DNA of 63,566 nt, counting the filler, from Reclinomonas americana ATCC 50394 (Eukaryota), in NCBI GenBank assembly GCA_048213135.1. It is 9 parts of 9 records of this genome, joined end to end, with 100 filler letters (N's around TTAATTAATTAA, not from the genome) between each part and the next. Parts side by side here need not be neighbours in the genome. Positions count along the whole stretch, not along the records: positions 54,676 to 60,717 come from AFZH01021151.1; positions 60,818 to 63,566 come from AFZH01021152.1; 7 more parts are not named here. One strand, written 5' to 3'. Numbering within the stretch: position 1 is the first letter of the stretch; each line of letters starts with the position of its first letter. This document shows, one piece after another, positions 54,601-63,566 of the stretch. Made by a program: the position numbers and the translations under genes. The notes under the pieces are model-generated. The model did not search any database. It saw only the letters and a program-made list of their open reading frames with translations, and was not told where the DNA came from.

Positions 54601-56063
54601 NNNNNNNNNNNNNNNNNNNTTAATTAATTAANNNNNNNNNNNNNNNNNNNNNNNNNNNNNNNNNNNNNNNNNNNNTTCAGCATTGTGGGTGGCGTGCACT
54701 CAGCACTCTTCAGTGTGATTGGCGGCAATCAGCTGACGATCTCGGTGGCTCCGCCGCTGAGTCGGCGACTGCAAGTGTTTGTGCAAGTGAGCGACGGGGC
54801 GCTGACGTACACCAAGCAGTTCACGATTGCGTATGGTGCGTGGGTGGGGAAGGGAGGAGACGGGAAGGGAGGTAGGAAAGATGAAGAGGAATAGTTAGGC
54901 GGTTGGCACTTTGCGTCTGAGTGTGTTTGGTGCCGATCAGTGGATACAAGGGTCGCTCTGGGAGGGCAGCAGTATTATGAGTTGAGGGAGAAGAATGCAG
55001 GGCCGAGTCATCGGGGGTGGAGAGGAGTGAGCGATCGCACACTCGTGTTGGTGGGTGTGCATTTATGTTGCTCGCTTGATACAGAACGCAGTTGAGAGAG
55101 AGAGAGAGAGAGGTGCACGCTGCTTGTTGTCGTCTTGCTTGCTCGCTATCTCAAGCGTCACTGATTGTTCCTTTGCACGTACAATTAGAACTACGTCTCC
55201 GCAGCGTTCTTTTGTTTATTGTGCTCGTGCTTTTTTCTCTGCGACTGGGAATGGTGCTGATAAGGATGATTGGGTGCGTGTGCAGCATCGAATGCAGGTT
55301 GTTCCACGGTGCAGAATGGAGTGGTGGCTCGTTGCGTTGCTTGCTTGAGTGCGAGCCATCATCTGTCGTCTCACTCTCCATCACATCGAGAGCAGCGGCG
55401 TTGGAGGTGTGCCAGTTCGAGGCAGTGGATCGACCTGGCGGCACGGTCTTGGCCGCCATCCTCGCCGTTCGAAGCGAGGTGGCATGCTGCGAAGCGTGCG
55501 ACCGTTCCACACAGTGTCGATCGTGGACATTTCTGGATGCTGCTGCGGCGTCGAACACGTACGGCACGAGTGTGTGCACACTGAAGGCACGTGATCGAGA
55601 GAGAGGAGGGAGATTTTGAGGGGAGTGATAAGCTCACCGTCTACGTGTGTTGCATGCAGAGCACCGTGCCAGCAGCAACAGCGAGTGCAGAGACCAGCAA
55701 TGTGTGTGGCTCCCATTTCTGCTTGGTATCGGGACGTAAGACGAGTGCGGCTGCGTACGACAGCAGCGGGTTCCAGACCAGCACGGGTGAGTTGCTGGAA
55801 TGCTCTTCGCTCAGATGAAGGAGAATCGTGACTGATGTGGTTGCTTGCATGCAGATCGACCTGGCGGCGATCTCACGTGGGCCATCACCACCACAAGTGG
55901 ACCACAAGCGTGCTCGCTGTTGTGCTCTCAGTTGACCGCCTGCGGCTCGTGGACATTCACTGCGTCGACAAGGCAGTGTGTGCCAAAGAGCGGCGTGGTG
56001 GCCACGTCGACGGCGACAGCGTGTGCGACAAGTGGGGACTGCACGTCGGGGCTGAAGATTTGA
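48957..56063 (+). CDS. NHL/FN3/cadherin-like/PAN protein, copy C (spans two gaps)
   Basis: Signal exon MHVSHSRTPRLAVARTLL.., exon order co-linear with copy B across contigs, ends SGLKI*. Continuity across the gaps is inferred. Confidence 0.7.
51521..51800. repeat. (TC)n and (CCT)n microsatellites (intronic)
   Basis: Directly visible next to a gap. Confidence 0.95.
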
Positions 56064-56127
56064 GTGTAATTTTGGCGCCAAAAACTGGAGTTTCCACCTT
56101 TTCAGCATTGTTTGAGTGCATGCGCAA

Positions 56128-59100
56128 ATGCGCGTGTCTCACTCGCTCACTGGACTCGATGTTGCACGCACGCTGTTGTGTGTTACAGCGATCGTCCACT
56201 TGCTCGTCCTCTCCATCGCCGTCTCTGCGAGTTGCGCATGAGGGGGCGCTTGGACTCTCACTCGAGCATCTGACGCTCACGACTCTTCTCTCCATGCGCG
56301 CCACAGACGCCCAGACAGTCACCACCGCCGTTGCCAACAACATCACTGACACTTCTGCCACTCTCAATTCATGGGTCAATCCCAACAATGTTGCTGGCGG
56401 CACCACCAACTCTTTCGAGTGGTCTCTATACACCGCCGCGATTGGTGTCTCTTCGGCCACTGTCGCCACCTTTGTGGGCACGGCGGGCACCTCGGGAACG
56501 ACGGATGGCGTTGGAGCAAGCGCGTTGTTGAACACGCCAATGGTTTGTGCGCGACGTCACAAGGCACCCGCTGCTGCGCCTGCTGTGCACTTTCGCTGAC
56601 ACAATGCGTGTGTGCTCTCTCGACAGGGACTGGCCTTTGATGCGATGGGCAACATGTACGTGGGCGATTACGGGTTTGTCATGCACGCACTCTTCGTGTT
56701 GTCTGTCGATTGTTGATTCGTCCCTTCTCGCTCTCTCACTTACACGCGATGATAATGGCAGCAACTGTCGCATTCGACGCATCACGCCTGCAGCCACAGT
56801 GACCACGTTTGCGGGAAGCACGTGTGGCTTGGTGAATGGTACAGGAGTGGCTGCACAGTTCAAAAAGTGCGCTCTCTTCATCTCTTCATCTCTCCCTCCC
56901 TCCTCCCTCCCTTTCCACACTCACACACCCACACAGTGTTGCCGGTCTCGCCATTGACCAAACCACGGGAACCATGTATGTCGCCGATGTGAGTGTGTGG
57001 TGGCGTGCATGAATCACGGTTGATGCCACACACATTCTGCTGACTCCAACTCTGTGCGCGTATTTCTCTCTCCCACAGTTGACGAATCACGCTGTGCGTG
57101 CCGTCACTGCAGGAGCTGCTGTCACCACACTGGCGGGAAACGGAGCGTCGGGGAGTGCGAATGCCTCGGGTGCAGCCGCCTCCTTCAATCAGCCGATGGG
57201 AGTGGCGGTGGACTCCGCGAACCAAGTGGTGTATGTGGGCGACTGGCTCAACAACACTGTGCGGCGAGTGACCTATGCTGGTGCGGTGACAACCTTTTGT
57301 GGTTCTGCGGGCATGAGTGGCACAGCCGATGGTGCGTGTGCTGGAGCGGCGCGGTTCGGTGGTCCCAACGGCGTGCTTCTCGTTGGAACCACGCTGTATG
57401 TTGGTGAGTGCTGTGTGAGAGGGAGGCACTGAGATGCCCTTCCACCATTCCCATCTACGTCTTCTGTCTGGTGTGCAGCCGATCGCGTGAACAATTCCAT
57501 CCGAACCATCGACACGGTGGCGATGACGGTGATGACGATGGCGGGGTCAACGAGCGGCACTTCAGGATCCACGGATGCCACCGGTGAGTTCAACATTATG
57601 GGCAACCCCGTGTGATCCATTTCATTCATGCTGAAAGATGACTCCAGGAACGGCCGCCCGCTTCAACACGCCCGTGGGACTGGCATACGACGCAGGAAAC
57701 AATGTCATCTATGTTGCCGATGTTGAGTACCTCCCCACACTCTGAGCGTTTCGCTTCTTGATTCTCAATGCCTTGTGCTCCACGCAGTCCGGCAACAACA
57801 CTGTGCGGCAACTCCGAGTGTCAGACTCGTCAGTGTCGACGATTGGCGGCGCGGCGGGTGTGAGTGGCACAGCCGATGGCAGTGCTCTGACCGTGGCACG
57901 CTTCAATTCGCCCGTGCACCTCGCGTTCGATGCATCGACGGCGTCCGTGCTGGTTGCTGATTACACCACGCACATCATCCGTCGCCTCTCGCTGGCGTCT
58001 CAATCGGTGTCGGCCACACCCGCCACCGCCACTGGCTCCCTCGCCACCTCCATCACTGCCTCACTGACTGGATTGATGAGCAACTGGACGTACTACAATC
58101 GCGCCGTCGGTGTCACCTCCACACCCAGCACCGTCGATGGTGCCACTGTGTCATTCACCACCGCCACCAACGTGGCTCCCACCGACATTAGCTGCTCGTC
58201 GACGACGTATGTGTCGCCGTCGGTGGCGAATCAGGTCGTGTGTGCGCTGCAGACGACGGATGCCAACACTGGCCAGTCATTCACGTACTCGGTTGTCGGT
58301 GGCGCCAACAGCGCAGTGTTCTCGATCAGCGGACAGTCGCTGGTGATTGTGGCGGCGGGGCAGGCTGGCAGCTCGCTGGCGGTGACGATCCGGTCGACGG
58401 ACAATGGATCGCCGCCGCTATTCTTTGACAAGGCGTTTACCATCACCACCGGTGAGGCACCCTCTTCCTTCTTCTTCATTTCTTTTCCCTACTGTGTTTT
58501 GCTGGTCATTTATGATGTTCCTTTGCTTGTTTATGCATCACAGCCACCCAATCGCTGGCCACGCTTGCGGCCAGCAGCGTGACCACATCGTCGGCGACAT
58601 TGAATGCGGTGGTGGGCAACTCTGTGGCCGCCTCGACGATGAGCAATTCATTCGAGTGGGCACCAACAACGGCTGCCTTCGGTGTGACGCCAGCAGTGTC
58701 GACATGGCTTGGCACGGCGGGCATGGCGGGAACAACGGATGGCACGGGTAGTGCTGCTCGTTTCAACAGACCGGTTGTGAGTATCTCGCCCCGTTATAAC
58801 ACGCTGCAATTCTCATGATCGAGGCGACTGGCAGAGTATTGAGATCGACGCATCGGGCACGGCATTCGTGTGCGATCAGCTGAACCACACAATTCGGCGA
58901 GTGACGAGTGGCGGAGTGGTGTCGACGTTTCTGGGAACGGCGGGAGTGTCGGGCTTTGTCGATGGGATCGGTGCGGCTGCTCGGTTTAACGCACCCACCG
59001 ACGTAGCGATGGACCCGCTCACCGGATTCTTGTTCATTATTGATGTGGGTAGTTGAATGTCCGAGGAAACTTTTCTCCGCGAGTCCTTGATCTCCTACTG

Positions 59101-62100
59101 CCACGCGTTCCAGGTTGGAAACCACGCGGTCCGTGTGAGCACTCCTTCTGGCTCTGTATCAACGCTGGCTGGCAATGGATCTGGAAGTGCAAACGGCGTC
59201 GGTTCAAGCGCAAGGTTTAACCATCCGCGAAGTATTACGGTTGACGCGGCCAGCAAAGCAGCGTACGTGGGTGACTGGAATAACAATGCTGTCAGAAAGG
59301 TGTGTGCGGTTGTTGCTGCACTGATCTGCACGGTGCAGATATCATATCCTTCGTTACAACAACCTAGGTCACATATGGCGGCGAGGTCACCACGCACTGT
59401 GGCACGATGGGGTCGTCGGGTACAGTCGACGGCGCATGTGCGACAACAGCACGATTCGGTGGACCGAATGGCGTCGCATTGGATTCCGTGGCTAATCGGC
59501 TGTACGTCGGTAGGGTTACAGTCTAGATTCAGAGGGGAGGAGAGAAGAAGAAAGAAAGGGTTGGGACGAGACAATTGGAGAGTACTGCGTGGAGCGAGGA
59601 ACACAAAGATGAGAGACCCGCGATGATGCATCGGATGGTGAGAAAATACTCCGAAGTAACAGTTGAGGGTTTCTAATGAGGACGAGGGAGGCATTCTGGT
59701 TGTGCGTATGTGTATACGTGTTTGGAGACCGTATTGGTGAGGAAAGTGCACTAATGTTGTGCTCACGAGCAGCTGATCGAGATCGCCACAACATTCGTGT
59801 GATCGACATGCTGGCGATGACGGCGTCGACTCTAGCCGGCTCGCTTACCGGGGTTTCTGGGTCAACAAATGCCACGGGCACTGCGGCTCAATTCAATCAG
59901 CCCCTTAGCATCCAGCTCGATCAAGGAAGAGGCGTACTTTACGTCTGTGATGTTGTGTTTGATGTCCACCAGCATGTTCTGTGCGTATTCTGTCTGCTCA
60001 CAAACTCAAATTCCCCGCCCCAAAGTTCTCCAACAACATCGTTCGTCAAGTTAACATCAGCACCGGCATGGTCTCCACAATTATTGGTGCTGCAGGAGTT
60101 GCCGGATCTGCAGATGGCAGCCCACTCGCGACTGCTCGCTTGTATATTCCGGTATGCTTAATCGCCAGGATGTATGGCGTCTTAACAGCTCGAAACCTGT
60201 AGCCCATTTTAATATGCAGACTGTGGTGGCTTTCGATACCGGGTCGTCAGCTCTGTACATCGCAGGTGCGCAAGGTTTTGAATTTGCCGTACTTCCCTCT
60301 ACTCATCATCTCTCTCCTTAGATTACGGCAATCACACCATTCGCCGACTCACCATCGGCTCCGCCACCATCACGGCCACTCCGGCCACCTCTGGTGTCGC
60401 CTCCAGCACCGCTCTCACCGCATCACTGACATCACTTGCCGCCAACTGGACGTACTACTTCCGTGCCATCTCCACCACCACCGTGCCGAGCACTCTCACC
60501 GGTTCCACCATGTCCTTCACCACCTCCAACTCCATGCCGACCGACATTGTCTGCTCAACTACCACTTATGTCGCACCGTCAACTGCCAGCATGCCTGTAT
60601 GCACGATGAGCACCAGCGACGGCAACGGAGGCCAGTCGTACACGTATGCGGTCAGCGGTGGAGCAAACAACAGCGTGTTCTCCCTCGGTGGCGGCGGCGC
60701 ACAGCTGCAGATCACCGNNNNNNNNNNNNNNNNNNNNNNNNNNNNNNNNNNNNNNNNNNNNTTAATTAATTAANNNNNNNNNNNNNNNNNNNNNNNNNNN
60801 NNNNNNNNNNNNNNNNNAGACGCCGACATTCAGCATTGTGGGTGGCGTGCACTCAGCACTCTTCAGTGTGATTGGCGGCAATCAGCTGACGATCTCGGTG
60901 GCTCCGCCGCTGAGTCGGCGACTGCAAGTGTTTGTGCAAGTGAGCGACGGGGCGCTGACGTACACCAAGCAGTTCACGATTGCGTATGGTGCGTGGGTGG
61001 GGAAGGGAGGAGACGGGAAGGGAGGTAGGAAAGATGAAGAGGAATAGTTAGGCGGTTGGCACTTTGCGTCTGAGTGTGTTTGGTGCCGATCAGTGGATAC
61101 AAGGGTCGCTCTGGGAGGGCAGCAGTATTATGAGTTGAGGGAGAAGAATGCAGGGCCGAATTATCAGGGGTGGAGAGGAGTGAGCAATCGCACACTCGTG
61201 TTGGTGGGTGTGCGTTTATATTGCTCGCTTGATACAGAACGCAGTTGAGAGAGAGAGAGAGAGAGAGGTGCACGCTGCTTGTTGTCGTCTTGCTTGCTCG
61301 CTATCTCAAGCGTCACTGATTGTTCCTTTGCACCTACAATTAGAACTACGTCTCCGCAGCGTTCTTTTGTTTGTTGTGCTCGTACTTTTTTCTCTGCGAC
61401 AGGGAACGGTGCTGACGATGATTGGGTTCATGAACACAGCATCGAATGCAGGTTGCTCCACGGTGCAGAATGGGATGGTGGCTCGTTGCGTTGCTTGTGA
61501 ATGAGATGTTGACGTGCGAGCCATCATCTATCGTCTCACTCTCCATCACATCGAGAGCAGCGGCGTTGGAAGTGTGCCAGTTCGAGGCAGTGGATCGACC
61601 AGGCGGCACGGTCTTGGCCGCCATCCTCGCCGTTCGAAGCGAGGTGGCGTGCTGCGAAGCGTGCGATCGTTCCACACAGTGTCGATCGTGGACATTTCTG
61701 GATGCTACTGCGGCATCGAACACGTACGGCGCGAGTGTGTGCACACTGAAGGCACGTTACCGAGAGAGGAAGGAGATTGTGAGGGGAGTGACAAGCTCAC
61801 TATCTGTCTGTGTTGCATGCAGAGCACCGTGCCAGCAGCAGCAGCGAATGCAGAGACCAGCAATGTGTGTGGCTCACATTTCTGCTTGGTGTCGGGACGC
61901 AAGACGAGTGCGGCTGCGTATGACAGCAGCGGGTTCCAGACCAGCACGGGTGAGTTGCTGGAATGCTCTTCGCTCAGATGAAGGAGAACGGTGACTTATG
62001 TGGTTGGTTGCTTGCATGCAGATCGACCTGGCGGCGATCTCACGTGGGCCATCACCACCGCAAGTGGACCACAAGCATGCTCGCTGTGGTGCTCTCAGTT

Positions 62101-62230
62101 GACCGCCTGCGGATCGTGGACATTCACGGCGTCGACAAGGCAGTGTGTGCCAAAGAGCGGCGTGGTGGCCACGTCGGTATGGACGGCATGTACGATGAGT
62201 GGGGACTGCACGTCGGGGTTGAAGATTTGA
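56128..62230 (+). CDS. NHL/FN3/cadherin-like/PAN protein, copy D (spans one gap)
   Basis: Signal exon MRVSHSLTGLDVARTLLCVTAIVHLLVLSIAVSANA-Q, two propellers and cadherin repeats. The Ig-like exon would fall in the gap. PAN exons end at 62230. Confidence 0.75.
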
Positions 62231-62308
62231 GTGAAGTTGGATTATTATTTTGGCGCCAAAAACTGGAGCTTCAACCGTTTCTGCGTTGTGTGAGTGCATG
62301 CAACCCCA

Positions 62309-63566
62309 ATGCGCGTGTCTCACCCGCGCACACCCCGACTCGCTGTGGCACGCACACTCTTGTGTGCGACGGCGATCGTCCACTTGCTCATCCTCTCCAT
62401 CGCTGTCCCTGCGAGTTGCGTGTGTGGGGCAGAGTGGGTGCTTATGCATGTATCTTATGCGCCGCTGCGTGTCTCGTTCGACTCTCACTCACGTATAACA
62501 CGTACACTCGACTCATCTCTCCATGCGCGCCACAGACGCCCAGACAGTGACTACCGCCGTTGCCAACAACATCACTGGCACCTCTGCCACTCTCAATTCA
62601 TGGGTCAATCCCAACAATGTCGCTGGCGGCACCACCAACTCTTTCGAGTGGTCTCTATACACCGCCGCGATTGGTGTCTCTTCGGCCACTGTCGCCACCT
62701 TTGTGGGCACGGCGGGCACCTCGGGAACGACGGACGGCGTTGGCGTAAGTGCTTTGTTGAACACGCCAATGGTTTGTGCGCGAAAGGTGACCCTGCTGTG
62801 CACTTTCGCTGACACAATGCGTGTGTGCTCTCCACAGGGACTGGCCTTTGATGCGATGGGCAACATGTACGTGGGCGATTACGGGTTTGTCATGCACGCA
62901 CTCATATCACTCTTCCTGTTTTCTGTCGATTGTTGATTCGTCACTTCTCTCTCTCACACTGCGCGATGATGATGGCAGCAACTGTCGCATTCGACGCATC
63001 ACGCCTGCAGCAACGGTGACCACGTTTGCTGGCACAACATGCGGCTTGCTTGATGGCACAGGAGTGGCAGCTCAGTTCAAAAAGTGCGCTCCTGTCCTGC
63101 TCTCTCTCTCTCCCTCCATCCTCTCTCTCCCTCCCTCCTCTCTCTCCCTCATGCACACACCCACACAGTGTTGCCGGTCTCGCCATCGACCAAACCACGG
63201 GAACCATGTATGTCGCCGACGTGAGTGTGTGGCGGCGTGCATGAATCACGGTTGATGCATTCTGCTGACTCCAACTCTGTGCGCGTATGTCTCTCTCCCA
63301 CAGTTGACGAACCACGCTGTGCGTGCCGTCACTGCAGGAGCTGCTGTCACCACACTGGCGGGGAATGGAGCGTCTGGGAGTGCCAATGCCTCGGGTGCAG
63401 CCGCCTCCTTCAATCTGCCTGCCGGAGTGGCGGTGGACTCCGCGAACCAAGTGGTGTATGTGGGCGACTGGAACAACAACACTGTGCGGCGAGTGACCTA
63501 TGCCGGCGTGGTGACGACCTTTTGTGGCTCCACGGGCGCGAGTGGCACCGCCGATGGTGCGTGTGC
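62309..63566 (+). CDS. NHL/FN3/cadherin-like/PAN protein, copy E (3' truncated by the window)
   Basis: Signal exon MRVSHPRTPRLAVARTLLCATAIVHLLILSIAVPA, FN3 N-half and the first NHL blades. Confidence 0.85.

Overview
Eukaryotic (protist-like), intron-rich DNA. It is a scaffold of nine contigs joined by 100-nt spacers (44 N + TTAATTAATTAA + 44 N), so adjacency across gaps is not guaranteed. Both ends (1-12.6 kb and 48.9-63.6 kb) hold a head-to-tail array of at least five paralogs of a ~24-exon, probably secreted protein: signal peptide, two six-bladed NHL propellers each nested inside an FN3-like domain, bacterial-type cadherin repeats, an Ig-like domain and two PAN/apple domains. The paralogs differ mainly in propeller loop residues, look mosaic, and are separated by only 64-78 nt carrying a TTTTGGCGCCAAAA-type motif. 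The middle holds a DOCK GEF (3' part), PRPF4, an intronless PhnB/VOC gene, a PPP4R1-like HEAT gene, two hypothetical genes, PIG-U, an ARM-ZZ-PB1 MAP3K and an AFG3-type m-AAA protease. The strongest window-wide signal is about 20 frame-supported introns starting GTTGCG(T), a +1-shifted 5' splice-site class that is common here, plus several GC-AG introns. All gene models were spliced by eye and have no transcript support.
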